Below the pieces are notes generated by a model. The model saw only the letters and a list, made by a program, of their open reading frames with translations, was not told the DNA's origin and searched no databases. The position numbers and the translations under genes are program-made. A stretch of 64,000 bases of DNA from Dehalococcoidia bacterium. Its GTDB lineage: Bacteria > Chloroflexota > Dehalococcoidia > GIF9 > UBA5629. How positions within the stretch are numbered: the stretch's first letter is position 1; each line of letters starts with the position of its first letter. The stretch is taken from NCBI GenBank assembly GCA_050011565.1, contig JBEKIW010000001.1, positions 128,001 to 192,000 of the forward strand, written 5' to 3'. This document shows, piece after piece, positions 1-9,591 of the stretch.

Positions 1-1217
1 GTTTGGGGAAGCGGACTGTCACCTACAGGCTTCGTGATTGGCTTATCTCCCGACAGCGCTACTGGGGAGCTCCGATTCCCATGATTTATTGCGATAAATG
101 TGGCATTGTCCCCGTGCCGGAGAAGGATTTACCCGTTTTGCTGCCGCCTGATGCCGAGTTCAAGCCCACGGGTGAGTCGCCGCTGAAATACTGCGAGTCT
201 TTCGTTAACACCACCTGCCCGAAATGTTCCGAGCCGGCGAAGCGGGAGACTGACACCATGGACACCTTTATGTGCTCCTCGTGGTATTTCCTGCGCTACA
301 CCAGTCCCGGTGTTGATAAACATCCCTTTGATAAGGCCAAGCTTAAACACTGGATGCCGGTTGACCTGTACACCGGCGGCGCCGAGCATGCGGTGATGCA
401 CCTTCTCTATTCCCGCTTTTTTATCAAGGCGATTAGAGACATGGGGCTGGTTAATTTCGATGAGCCCTTCACAAAGCTGTTCAACCAAGGGACGATAATC
501 TATCAGGGCGATAAGATGAGCAAGTCACGGGGCAATGTAGTCACGCCCGACGTCTACGTATCTGACATTGGGGCTGATGCTGTTCGGGCTTACCTCATGT
601 TTATCGGGCCCTGGGAGCTGGGTGGTGAGTGGAGCGACCAGGGCATTGTGGGTATGAGCCGCTGGGTGAACCGCGTTTGGAACCTGGTAACAGCCGGTTA
701 TGCGGTGAAAAAGCTTGACCCGGATGCGGAAAAAGAGCTGAGCCGGTTAATTCACCAGACCATCAAGAAAGTGACCAATGACATGGAGCGGTTCCGCTTC
801 AATACCATGCTGGCGGCGCTGATGGAGTTTACCAACTATCTGGGCAAGGTGCAGGATGCAGGCACAGTTTCTGTTTCTTTATGGAACGAGGCTGTGGCCG
901 ATTTGCTGCTGCTTCTGGCACCGACGGCACCGCACCTTACCGAGGAGCTGTGGGAAAAGACAAACCATGCTTACAGCATTCACAATCAGTCGTGGCCTAA
1001 ATGGGACGAGGAGCTGGCCAAAGAAGAAGAGGTGACGTTGGTCATTCAGGTCAACGGCAAGATAAGGGATAGGGTTACCGTTCCCGTATCCATCACCGAA
1101 GCTGAAGCCAAAGAGCTGGCCTTGAGCAGCGAGCGCATAAAAGATTACCTCAAAGACAACAACGTCGCCAAAATCATCTACGTCCCCCAGCGGCTGGTTA
1201 ATATAGTGGTGGGATAA
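1..1217 (+). CDS. leuS: Leucine--tRNA ligase, C-terminal part (5' truncated by window edge)
   Basis: DWLISRQRYWG, TMDTF, GGAEHAVMHLLY, KMSKS and the C-terminal VQVNGK motif of bacterial LeuRS. Confidence 0.97.
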   Translation, partial: LGKRTVTYRLRDWLISRQRYWGAPIPMIYCDKCGIVPVPEKDLPVLLPPDAEFKPTGESPLKYCESFVNTTCPKCSEPAKRETDTMDTFMCSSWYFLRYTSPGVDKHPFDKAKLKHWMPVDLYTGGAEHAVMHLLYSRFFIKAIRDMGLVNFDEPFTKLFNQGTIIYQGDKMSKSRGNVVTPDVYVSDIGADAVRAYLMFIGPWELGGEWSDQGIVGMSRWVNRVWNLVTAGYAVKKLDPDAEKELSRLIHQTIKKVTNDMERFRFNTMLAALMEFTNYLGKVQDAGTVSVSLWNEAVADLLLLLAPTAPHLTEELWEKTNHAYSIHNQSWPKWDEELAKEEEVTLVIQVNGKIRDRVTVPVSITEAEAKELALSSERIKDYLKDNNVAKIIYVPQRLVNIVVG

Positions 1218-1256
1218 GGCTGGCAAGCCGTACCTGCGGAATCGATAATTATAGCG

Positions 1257-1898
1257 ATGAAGATCGTATTAATAATTATACTGGTCATTCTGGCCTTTCC
1301 TATCTTTTGGGTGACCGTGGCTAAGATAGTGAGGAAGCTGGTGCATTTTCCGGCGCCGGCGTTTATCGGACATCTGCTGGACAGTGGTTACCGAAGGAGG
1401 ATACAACCGCCGTCTCAGTTGATAGAGCGCAGCGGGATAAAGAAAGGTATGCAGGTTCTGGACCTCGGCTGCGGCAGCGGGGCTTTTACACCTTTTATTG
1501 CCCGGACGGTCGAAAAGAAGGGCAAGGTGTATGCTCTCGATATCCAGGCGGACATGTTGAAGCAGCTTGAAAGAAAGCTGTCCAAGCCTGAGAACAAGGA
1601 TATTAAGAACATTAAGCTTATCAAGGGCAATGCCTATGAGCTGCCGTTAGGTGACAACTCCCTGGATTTGGTTAATATGGTAACTGTTCTTCAGGAGATA
1701 CCCGATAGAAACAAGGCTTTGCAGGAAGTCAAAAGGGTATTGAAACCGGGAGGTTTATTGGCTGTTACCGAACTGTTCCCCGACCCGGACTATCCGTGGA
1801 AGTCTACTACCATCAAGTTAGGCGAGCGGTCCGGTTTTGTGGTAGATAAGGTGTCGGGGAATTTCTTTAATTACACCGTGCGGTTTAAGAAGCTGTAA
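1257..1898 (+). CDS. Class I SAM-dependent methyltransferase with N-terminal membrane anchor
   Basis: VLDLGCGSG motif I, LKPGG motif, hydrophobic N-terminus. Confidence 0.85.
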   Translation: MKIVLIIILVILAFPIFWVTVAKIVRKLVHFPAPAFIGHLLDSGYRRRIQPPSQLIERSGIKKGMQVLDLGCGSGAFTPFIARTVEKKGKVYALDIQADMLKQLERKLSKPENKDIKNIKLIKGNAYELPLGDNSLDLVNMVTVLQEIPDRNKALQEVKRVLKPGGLLAVTELFPDPDYPWKSTTIKLGERSGFVVDKVSGNFFNYTVRFKKL

Positions 1899-2040
1899 GA
1901 TTGCCACGCGGAGTTTATCCTGAGCGGAAATTCTTCGACAAGCTCAGAATGAGCGGATTAAGGGCTCAGGATGACATGAGGCGAAGGGCTCGCAATGACG
2001 ATAGGGCATTTCACCCTCTTCCGTCGAGGGAGAGGGAAAT
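1899..2040. repeat. Composite palindromic intergenic repeat (GATTGCCACG...CTCGCAATGAC enclosing a TTCGACAAGCTCAGAATGAGCGG unit, followed by a CCCTCT...AGAGGG hairpin)
   Basis: 28 nt ATTCTTCGACAAGCTCAGAATGAGCGGA at 1930-1957 is identical to 32911-32938; its other modules recur at 5346-5459 and 43733-43812. Confidence 0.85.
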
Positions 2041-2077
2041 CGAAAAGTAGCTCTCTGGCGTGTTAGAATAAGGGGCG

Positions 2078-2743
2078 GTGGATATAGAGGCAAATATCCG
2101 GGAAGTGAAAAGGCGTATGGCGCGGGCTTGTGAGCGAAGCCGCAGGTCGCCTGATGAAATAACGCTGGTGGCGGTTACCAAGGCGTTTGAGTCGCAGGCA
2201 ATAAGGGCGGCTTTCGATTCGGGAATAAGAGATTTCGGCGAGAACCGGGTTCAGGAGGCAGAAGGGAAGATAGCACAGCTTTCAGACTTAAGGTCGTCTG
2301 TTACCTGGCATATGGTGGGGCATCTCCAGAGCAACAAGGCTAAGATTGCCGTGGAGCTATTTGACATAATCCACAGCGTGGATTCCGTAAATCTGGCTGG
2401 TATTTTAAGCCGGCGGCTGGACAGGCCATTGCCAGTCTTGCTCGAGGTCAATGTTTCCGGAGAAGTGACAAAGGTCGGGTTCTCTTTGGGCGAGCTTGTA
2501 GCGGCAGTAAAGGAGATAGGGCAGTTACCTAATCTAAAACTGATGGGGCTTATGACCGTGGCGCCCGTGGCGGCTGAGCCTGAAGCAGTCAGGCCTGTGT
2601 TCCGGAAGCTGCGAGAGCTTCGAGATTCTCTGGGACTTAAACATCTGTCCATGGGTATGACCGATGATTTTGAGGTGGCGGTTGAGGAGGGGGCGACCAT
2701 GCTCAGGATAGGTCGAGCTATTTTTGGTGAGAGGAGGCAATAA
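2078..2743 (+). CDS. yggS: PLP homeostasis protein YggS
   Basis: LVAVTK, FGENRVQE, GHLQSNK, LSMGMT motifs; adjacent to proC. Confidence 0.95.
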   Translation: MDIEANIREVKRRMARACERSRRSPDEITLVAVTKAFESQAIRAAFDSGIRDFGENRVQEAEGKIAQLSDLRSSVTWHMVGHLQSNKAKIAVELFDIIHSVDSVNLAGILSRRLDRPLPVLLEVNVSGEVTKVGFSLGELVAAVKEIGQLPNLKLMGLMTVAPVAAEPEAVRPVFRKLRELRDSLGLKHLSMGMTDDFEVAVEEGATMLRIGRAIFGERRQ

Positions 2744-3543
2744 TGAAGATAAGTTTTATCGGCGGCGGCATGATGGGGGAAGCCATAATTAAGAGCCTGC
2801 TGGCAAAAAAAGTGGCTAAGCCTGCTGATATCACCGCCAGCGATGTTAGCCAAGTCCGGCGTGAGGTATTAAAAAAGAATTATGGTATCAAGACTGTGGC
2901 CAACAATAAAGAAGCGGTTAAGGGGGCTGAAGTGGTGCTCCTGGCAGTTAAGCCTCAGGAGCTGGGCAAAATGCTCGGCGAACTGAAAGGTCTATCGTCT
3001 CAGCAACTGGTATTGTCCATAGTGGCCGGGGCTACCTTGGAGACCCTGCATGAAGGGCTGGGCCATTCCCGCTTGGTCCGGGCGATGCCTAACATGCCGG
3101 CCCAGATCGGTGAAGGCATGACGGTGTGGACGGCTACCGCCGAGGTAAATCAGAAGCAGAAGGAGATGGCGCAGTCCATTCTGGCTGCTCTGGGTAAGGA
3201 AATCTATGTCAGCAGCGAGAAATACATAGATATGGCGACGGCATTGAGCGGCAGCGGTCCGGCGTATGTTTTCCTTATTATTGAGGCGCTGGTAGATGCC
3301 GGTGTACACATAGGTATGCCCCGTGACATGGCTGAAAAGCTAGTGGTACAGACCGTGCTGGGTTCAACACGAGCCGTAGAGGTAATGGGTAAGCATCCCG
3401 CCGAACTGAAAAACATGGTGACATCTCCTGGAGGGACCACCACAGAAGGACTATTGCAATTGGAGACGGGCGGATTGCGCTCATTGCTGCTACAGGCGGT
3501 CATTGCTGCCTACCACAAGGCTAAAAGTTTGGGCGGCAAATAA
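2743..3543 (+). CDS. proC: Pyrroline-5-carboxylate reductase
   Basis: FIGGGMMG, AVKPQ, RAMPN, SGSGPAY, SPGGTT motifs. Confidence 0.96.
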   Translation: MKISFIGGGMMGEAIIKSLLAKKVAKPADITASDVSQVRREVLKKNYGIKTVANNKEAVKGAEVVLLAVKPQELGKMLGELKGLSSQQLVLSIVAGATLETLHEGLGHSRLVRAMPNMPAQIGEGMTVWTATAEVNQKQKEMAQSILAALGKEIYVSSEKYIDMATALSGSGPAYVFLIIEALVDAGVHIGMPRDMAEKLVVQTVLGSTRAVEVMGKHPAELKNMVTSPGGTTTEGLLQLETGGLRSLLLQAVIAAYHKAKSLGGK

Positions 3544-3591
3544 GACAACAACCGTTCTATTTCCGCTATAAGTTATTTGTAGATATCCGCG

Positions 3592-3702
3592 TGTCATTCT
3601 GAGCGTAGCGAAGAATCTCATTAAATTTCTAATCTATCGAGATTCTTCGGTCACTTTGTTCCCTCAGAATGACAGACAGGGAAGGGCTCCCTTAGAATGA
3701 CA
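3592..3702. repeat. REP-like palindromic repeat (TGTCATTCTGAG...CTCAGAATGACA) with a duplicated right end
   Basis: Inverted ends TGTCATTCTGAG (3592) and CTCAGAATGACA (3663-3674), second end CTTAGAATGACA (3691-3702), inner GAAGAATCTC/GAGATTCTTC arms. Confidence 0.85.
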
Positions 3703-3740
3703 ATTACGGAATTCAAAATGACACATAAAGTTTCAGAATT

Positions 3741-4568
3741 ATGGGAAGCAAAAGACTGAACGTTAAGGATCGCGGTCACAGCGGGCGTTCTCGGTTCGAC
3801 CTGGAATGGGATGACGAGCGACTTTTCCCCGAGGTGGTTTACCCCGATGCGGATTTCCTATTCCGGAGGATGAACGAAGCTACTCTGGAGAGCGTAGGAG
3901 CTATGCAGGGCGAAATGATACTGGATATCGGCTGCGGCAGAGGTATCGATGGCGTGGAGTTGGCTAAGAAAGGCGCCGTGATTGTCGGCCTCGAGCCGTC
4001 GATGGTGATGATAAGTCATGCCATGAACCACATTTCCGAAAACGGAGCCAACATGAGTCTGATCCGTGGGATAGGAGAAAATTTACCGTTCCGAGCTCAG
4101 TCTGCGGACAAGGTGGTGTGCAAGGGGGCCCTGGACCATTTTCCGGAGCCGGCCGTGGTCATAGAGCAGATTACTATGGTTCTTAAGCCCGAGGGGAAGG
4201 CGATAATAGCTATAGCTAACTTTGATAGCCTTGGATTCAGATTGGGTAGGGTGGTGTGGCGGCTCAGGAAAATGCTCGGTTTCAAACCACCGGCGGGTAG
4301 AATGCCCTGGGAGATACCGGAGGACCATACATACAGGTTCGATTATTCATTTCTTAAACGCCTGGTAGGTAATTGCCTTGAAGTGGAACAGATTTCCGGC
4401 GTTTCACTGCTTTTTGGGCTGCCCTGGTGGGGTATGTTTCTGGCTAAGTTCCCCCGGAATATGTCGCTTGCCATATTAAACTCGCTGGATAAAGTGGCTC
4501 GCCATCTTCCTTCGCTCAGCGATGTCATTGTGCTCAGGTGTAGACCGAGTAATGACAGAGGAAGGTAA
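3741..4568 (+). CDS. Class I SAM-dependent methyltransferase
   Basis: ILDIGCGRG, ENLPF, VLKPEG motifs. Confidence 0.85.
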   Translation: MGSKRLNVKDRGHSGRSRFDLEWDDERLFPEVVYPDADFLFRRMNEATLESVGAMQGEMILDIGCGRGIDGVELAKKGAVIVGLEPSMVMISHAMNHISENGANMSLIRGIGENLPFRAQSADKVVCKGALDHFPEPAVVIEQITMVLKPEGKAIIAIANFDSLGFRLGRVVWRLRKMLGFKPPAGRMPWEIPEDHTYRFDYSFLKRLVGNCLEVEQISGVSLLFGLPWWGMFLAKFPRNMSLAILNSLDKVARHLPSLSDVIVLRCRPSNDRGR

Positions 4569-4577
4569 TCGCCGTAA

Positions 4578-5297
4578 TCACGTTACAGTATGCACTTTGC
4601 GGGCGTAGAGGACCAGGCTTTTGGAAAAGAATTTATTGAGAAAGTTATCGATAAGGCGGACGGGTTTGGTGTTCTTGTATATGTCCCATACCAGGAACTT
4701 GTGGTACAGAGCAGGGATTAGTGCCTTTTCGTTTTCTACTCCGAAAAAAGAGCGGGATATCCAATAGAAGGAATGTAAGGCGTGTTTGCGGCGGACGGCG
4801 AAGAGGTAGAGATTGTGGTGCTTTAGCTTAGATACGATTTCACCAGCTTTGTATATCCTGATATGGCCTCCTGGCTTACCGTGATAATCTCCGGACAATT
4901 TCCAGCAGATGGTTTCGGGGAGATAGGAAGGCACGCTGACGGCGAGCGTGCCTCCGTCTTTCAACACTCTGACCAGCTCCTTAATAGCCTGGTGGTCATC
5001 GAGGATATGTTCCAGGACTTCGGAGCAGATGATTTTGTCGAAGGAGGCGTCCCTGAAGGGCAGGCTAGTTATATTCCCTCTGGTGAGAAGCCACTTTCCC
5101 CTGACCTCTCCCTTTTGTTCCATGAGATAAAGGGCATAGTGAGCTTTTTTGAGGTTCTCCTCCTCGATATCCAGGGCATAAACCAGGCAATCATTTCGCT
5201 TGCAGGCCTCCCAGCTGTGTCTGCCCTCGCCGCAGCCGACGTCTAGAACTCGCTCGCCATCTTTTATTCCCATGAGGTCATAATCGACGGTAAGCAT
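4578..5297 (-). CDS. Class I SAM-dependent methyltransferase
   Basis: VLDVGCGEG, LPF..ASFDKIICSEVLEHI, VLKDGG motifs. Confidence 0.88.
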   Translation of the reverse strand: MLTVDYDLMGIKDGERVLDVGCGEGRHSWEACKRNDCLVYALDIEEENLKKAHYALYLMEQKGEVRGKWLLTRGNITSLPFRDASFDKIICSEVLEHILDDHQAIKELVRVLKDGGTLAVSVPSYLPETICWKLSGDYHGKPGGHIRIYKAGEIVSKLKHHNLYLFAVRRKHALHSFYWISRSFFGVENEKALIPALYHKFLVWDIYKNTKPVRLIDNFLNKFFSKSLVLYARKVHTVT

Positions 5298-5345
5298 TCA
5301 CGGTGTCCTTGGTGTACCAAGCGGTTGAGAATTTAACTTCCAGTA

Positions 5346-5459
5346 TGTCATTGCGAGCGAAGCAATCTGAATATTTCACCCTCACCCTAACCCTCTCCCG
5401 TCAAGGGAGAGGGAAAAGTGGAGAGTTTAGCTTTGTTGTTAGTAATTCTCGCAATGATA
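5346..5459. repeat. REP-like TGTCATTGCGAG...CTCGCAATGA element with a nested CCCTCACCCTAACCCTCTCCC...GGGAGAGGG hairpin
   Basis: Inverted ends match the 43733-43812 element; the inner hairpin is related to 2007-2040. Confidence 0.82.
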
Positions 5460-5473
5460 CAAGTGCGGTCTGG

Positions 5474-5740
5474 TTAAGTAGCTTCCGGAGTTTTGCCCGG
5501 ATTCTGTTTCTTCCACTTTTCCAGGAGCTGTTCCTTGCTTTCTTTATGAGCAGGGTCTGCAACGCAGCAGTCTACAGGACAAACCTCAGCACATTTAGAG
5601 GAAGCATACCAGCCAACGCACTCAGTGCACTTGGCAGGGTCGATGACATATATCGATTCCCCTTCTTTGATGGCCTGGTTTTTACATTCTGGTTCGCAGG
5701 CCCCGCAGCTAATGCATTCATCTGTGATTTTGTAAGCCAT
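5474..5740 (-). CDS. 2[4Fe-4S] dicluster ferredoxin (YfhL/Alvin-like)
   Basis: CISCGACEPEC and CTECVG....KCAEVCP motifs, C-terminal helix, AGGAGG RBS upstream. Confidence 0.93.
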   Translation of the reverse strand: MAYKITDECISCGACEPECKNQAIKEGESIYVIDPAKCTECVGWYASSKCAEVCPVDCCVADPAHKESKEQLLEKWKKQNPGKTPEAT

Positions 5741-5819
5741 TTGTTAAACTTGACCTCCTTAGATTTTATTAAGACAACTATCTTCTATTGGCTTATTAAG
5801 CTGGGATACGTACGCGTTT

Positions 5820-6314
5820 TCAGGGCCGGGAAAATTCGGGTGCAAACTTCCTTTTCAGCGCTTTGGCGACATGGTCCGGTACCATTTGTTCAAGGCAGCC
5901 GCCCAGCTGGGCCACCTCTTTAAGCAGGCTGGAGCTAAGGAATTGATATTGCAAGCTTGCCATGAAACAGACCAGTTCCAGTTCGGGTGCCAGCTTTTTA
6001 TTCATCATGGCCATTTCAAACTCACGTTCAAAATCGGAACTCATCCTCAGCCCTCTGACCAAAACTTGCGCCCTCACCTTCTTAGCGAAATCGACGGTGA
6101 GCCCAGAATAAGGTTGGGCCTTGGCATTCTTTAAATGTGCTACGGACTGCTGAATCATTTGCACTCTCTCTTCAGTGGAGAAAAGAAGCCTTTTCTCAGG
6201 TCTGTCATAAACACCGACTATTAGTTCGTCGAATATCGCTGAAGCGCGTTTGATGATGTCCAGGTGTCCGAGAGTTATAGGGTCGAAGCTGCCGGGATAA
6301 ATTGCGATAGCCAA
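5820..6314 (-). CDS. coaD: Pantetheine-phosphate adenylyltransferase
   Basis: AIYPGSFDPITLGHLDII, VRGLR, SSS motifs. Confidence 0.97.
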   Translation of the reverse strand: MAIAIYPGSFDPITLGHLDIIKRASAIFDELIVGVYDRPEKRLLFSTEERVQMIQQSVAHLKNAKAQPYSGLTVDFAKKVRAQVLVRGLRMSSDFEREFEMAMMNKKLAPELELVCFMASLQYQFLSSSLLKEVAQLGGCLEQMVPDHVAKALKRKFAPEFSRP

Positions 6315-6317
6315 TGT

Positions 6318-6881
6318 TTAACCTCCTTTTCCAAGGGCTTGTTTGTGGTATATGGAAATACAGGTATCACCGTATTTTTTTTCTTTTATACGAGATAGTC
6401 CGTCATAACTATCCTGAAGCGGAACTCGGCTAGCGTGTGAGATTACGACTAGCGATTCGCTATCTACGACTTTCGATACGGCCAGTTGTGTCGCCATTTG
6501 ATTTATCGACGGGTCTGAGTAAGGTGGGTCCATGAAGACAATGTCATAGTTGTCTTTTAGAAAAGTAAGAGCTTTGGCTGCGCTGCAGCAGTAGACATGA
6601 GCCTTTTGTGAAAATCCGACCTTTTGCAGATTCTGTTTAATGATAGCACAACATCTGGGTTCCTTTTCAACAAAATCGACCCACTCCGCGTCGCGGCTAA
6701 GGGCTTCAATGCCAAGTGCGCCGGTGCCGGCATACAGGTCTAGGCCCCGGAACCGGTCGGTAGTCAGGGGGGCGAGTATAGAGAAGATAGCTTCCCTGAC
6801 CTTATCTGTTGTCGGTCGAACAGGTCCGCTCTTGGGTACCATTAATTGTTGCCCTCTGGCAACGCCACCTGTAATACGCAT
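6318..6881 (-). CDS. rsmD: 16S rRNA (guanine966-N2)-methyltransferase
   Basis: MRITGG, RPTTDKVREA, DLYAGTG, DPPY; typical rsmD-coaD order. Confidence 0.95.
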   Translation of the reverse strand: MRITGGVARGQQLMVPKSGPVRPTTDKVREAIFSILAPLTTDRFRGLDLYAGTGALGIEALSRDAEWVDFVEKEPRCCAIIKQNLQKVGFSQKAHVYCCSAAKALTFLKDNYDIVFMDPPYSDPSINQMATQLAVSKVVDSESLVVISHASRVPLQDSYDGLSRIKEKKYGDTCISIYHKQALGKGG

Positions 6882-6904
6882 TTGTACCAGCCTTTGCCTG
6901 CATT

Positions 6905-6932
6905 ATTATACATTGACTCGCCCTATAGTCAA
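6905..6932 (-). promoter_or_regulatory. Sigma70-type promoter for rsmD-coaD
   Basis: Minus strand TTGACT-16 nt-TATAAT. Confidence 0.6.
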
Positions 6933-6935
6933 GCT

Positions 6936-6965
6936 TTGCCCTTTCTTTTACGTGTGTGTTATACT
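6936..6965 (+). promoter_or_regulatory. Sigma70-type promoter (extended -10) for the nuo operon
   Basis: TTGCCC-18 nt-TATACT with TG at the extended -10 position. Confidence 0.55.
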
Positions 6966-7097
6966 TTCAAAGGCACTTTTGGTACTTACGAAGCATTGGT
7001 TTACCCTTTTCAAAAGCCTCACCGTTTAAAATAGGACTTTGGGACGTAGGAAAAGCCAGGCTTATCAGGGTAAACTAGACAGGGGAGGCTTGAGCAT

Positions 7098-7469
7098 TTG
7101 ATAGCTGACTTCGGTTATATTGGCATACTACTTATTGTCGGCATATTGTTCACAATTACCACTTTGCTTTTGCCTATCACTTTCAGGTTGTTCAAGATAG
7201 TTCCCAGGAAAAGCAGTCCGGCTAAGGAGTCCACTTACGAATGCGGCATGGAAACTATTGGCAAGACCTGGGTTCAATTTAACTTCCGCTATTACTTCTT
7301 CGCTGTTCTCTTCGTGGCGCTCGACGTGTTGACTGTTTTTCTGTACCCCTGGGCAGTTAACCTTAAGGGGCTTGGCCTGTACGGGCTTATTTCCGTAGCT
7401 GTTTTCTTCGCCATACTCATGGTCGGTTACGTTTATGCGTGGTATAAAGGTGCACTGGAATGGAAGTAG
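7098..7469 (+). CDS. nuoA: NADH-quinone oxidoreductase subunit A
   Basis: [25 protein letters not shown]; TTG start after GGGGAGG. Confidence 0.95.
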   Translation: MIADFGYIGILLIVGILFTITTLLLPITFRLFKIVPRKSSPAKESTYECGMETIGKTWVQFNFRYYFFAVLFVALDVLTVFLYPWAVNLKGLGLYGLISVAVFFAILMVGYVYAWYKGALEWK

Positions 7470-8050
7470 ATAAATATTCGATAGCACCTCCGAACGAGAT
7501 AGATATAGCTGAGGGGTTAAGGATTAACTCCTTAATTGCCGCCTCCCAGAATTCTATCCCGGACCCCGATAGCTGGATTGATGAGGAGATCAGGCGTAAT
7601 GTTCTGGTCACCTCGGTGGATTATGTGGTTGATTGGGCAAGGTCGCGGTCATTATTTCCGCTTATGTTCGGGTTGGCCTGCTGTGCTTTTGAGATGATTG
7701 GTATGGCAACTTCACGTTTTGACATCTCTCGCTTTGGTATGGATATTTTCCGCTGGTCGCCGCGCCAGGCGGACTTGATGATTGTTGCCGGGACACTTAC
7801 CTGGAAGATGGCACCGGCGGTGAAATTGGTCTATGACCAAATGGCTGAGCCTAAATGGGTTATAGCTATGGGGCAGTGCACCATCAGTGGCGGTCCTTTT
7901 AGAGAGTCCTATAGCGTGGTACCGGGCATCAATCGGATAATTCCCGTGGATGTCTATGTACCCGGGTGCCCGCCCAGACCTGAGGGATTGATACATGGCA
8001 TAACGAAACTGCATCAGAAAATCGTTAAGGAGAGCATAAATAAAGCGTGA
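7460..8050 (+). CDS. nuoB: NADH-quinone oxidoreductase subunit B
   Basis: [23 protein letters not shown] motifs. Confidence 0.96.
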   Translation: MEVDKYSIAPPNEIDIAEGLRINSLIAASQNSIPDPDSWIDEEIRRNVLVTSVDYVVDWARSRSLFPLMFGLACCAFEMIGMATSRFDISRFGMDIFRWSPRQADLMIVAGTLTWKMAPAVKLVYDQMAEPKWVIAMGQCTISGGPFRESYSVVPGINRIIPVDVYVPGCPPRPEGLIHGITKLHQKIVKESINKA

Positions 8051-8487
8051 CCACAGCTTTAAATGGTGAGCAAGTATCCAGGAGAATAAACAAAGTATCC
8101 CCTGGTGCGGTGGTCGCTGCTGACAAGACAACTGTCATTGTTACCAGCGAGTCTCTGTTCAAGGCAGCGGAATTTCTAAAAAATACACCGGCGCTGGATT
8201 TTAACTATCTTACTGACCTCACTGCCGTTGATTATACGGACTATTTTGAAGTTGTTTACCAATTGGTGTCTTTGAAGCATAACCACAGTGTGGTTTTGAA
8301 GACAAGGTGCTATGACCGGGACAAACCCGTAGTACCCTCGGTGACCAGCCTGTGGCGCTCTGCCGATTTTTTGGAGCGCGAGACCTATGACCTTATGGGA
8401 ATTGTCTTTAACGGGCATCCTAATTTGAAGCGCTTATTGCTCTGGGAGGGCTTTGTCGGGCACCCGCTGCGGAGGGATTATCTATAG
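8047..8487 (+). CDS. nuoC: NADH-quinone oxidoreductase subunit C
   Basis: [25 protein letters not shown]. Confidence 0.95.
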   Translation: MTTALNGEQVSRRINKVSPGAVVAADKTTVIVTSESLFKAAEFLKNTPALDFNYLTDLTAVDYTDYFEVVYQLVSLKHNHSVVLKTRCYDRDKPVVPSVTSLWRSADFLERETYDLMGIVFNGHPNLKRLLLWEGFVGHPLRRDYL

Positions 8488-9591
8488 ATGGCTATAAAGA
8501 CTGAGCCGTTTATTCTTAATATAGGTCCTCAGCACCCATCGACTCACGGCGTCTTTCGCATGAGGGTTACCCTTGACGGCGAAGTAGTAGTCGATATCGA
8601 GCCCGTTATCGGTTATCTCCATCGGGGAATAGAAAAGATGGGGGAGAACAGGACTTACGCACAGATAATCCCCTTGACCGACAGACTTGACTATTTAGCA
8701 TCTCTGACTAATAACCTTGCCTACGTGCTGGCAGTGGAGAAGTTAGCCGGCATAGAGATTCCGGAGCGGGCTGAGTACCTGAGGATTATCATGGCGGAGG
8801 CGATGCGGATTTCCAGCCATCTTATGGCAGTTGGCTTCTTTTTTAACGATCTCGGAGCCATGATGACCCCGGTATTATATATGTGGCGAGAAAGGGAGAA
8901 GCTTTTAGACCTTTTTGAGATGGTTTGCGGTCAGCGACTTACCTACAATTATATGCGCATCGGCGGTGTGAGCCATGACATACCTGAGGAATTCTTACCG
9001 GCCCTCAAGAAGTTTGTGGCTGAAATGCCGGGATTTATCGACGAATATGACCGGCTGCTATCTCAGAATGAGATTGTACTGGCCAGGACCAAGGGGGTCG
9101 GCATTTTACCTAAAGCTACTGCTATAAACACCGCAGCTAGCGGTCCGGTGCTCAGGGCTAGCGGTGTGAAGTGGGACCTGCGCAAGGTTGACCCCTATTC
9201 TATTTATGACCGCTTTGATTTCGAAGTACCGGTAGGAACTGTTGGGGACAACTACGACCGATACTGGGTGAGGATGCAGGAGATGAGGCAAAGCGTTCGT
9301 ATTTTGGAGCAGGCGATAGCGCAGTTGCCTGGCGGGGAGGTTTGGGCTGACGTGCCCCAGTTGTTACACCCTCCGGTCGGTGAGGTTTACGGACATATAG
9401 AATCCCCGCGAGGAGAGCTGGGTTTCTTTCTTGTTAGCGATAATTCTATCGCTCCTTATAGATTTCACATCCGCCCACCGACGCTGATTAATCTGACTGC
9501 ATTGAAAGATATGGTGGTCGGTTGGAAGGTAGCCGACTTGATAGTTACGTTCGGCAGCATCGATGTTGTGCTGGGGGAGATAGACCGGTAA
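8488..9591 (+). CDS. nuoD: NADH-quinone oxidoreductase subunit D
   Basis: GPQHPSTHGV, GYLHRG, DRLDY, C-terminal GEIDR; no NiFe CxxC motifs, so not a hydrogenase. Confidence 0.96.
   Translation: MAIKTEPFILNIGPQHPSTHGVFRMRVTLDGEVVVDIEPVIGYLHRGIEKMGENRTYAQIIPLTDRLDYLASLTNNLAYVLAVEKLAGIEIPERAEYLRIIMAEAMRISSHLMAVGFFFNDLGAMMTPVLYMWREREKLLDLFEMVCGQRLTYNYMRIGGVSHDIPEEFLPALKKFVAEMPGFIDEYDRLLSQNEIVLARTKGVGILPKATAINTAASGPVLRASGVKWDLRKVDPYSIYDRFDFEVPVGTVGDNYDRYWVRMQEMRQSVRILEQAIAQLPGGEVWADVPQLLHPPVGEVYGHIESPRGELGFFLVSDNSIAPYRFHIRPPTLINLTALKDMVVGWKVADLIVTFGSIDVVLGEIDR

Noticed and set aside
5303-5923. 206-aa plus-strand ORF, and similar ORFs at 32872-33084 and 43716-44249
   Set aside because: They translate palindromic repeats and/or the antisense of well-supported genes; no protein motifs.
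8488-9591. Group 4 [NiFe]-hydrogenase interpretation of the nuo cluster
   Set aside because: The large subunit lacks both CxxC Ni-binding motifs and ends in the NuoD GEIDR motif.
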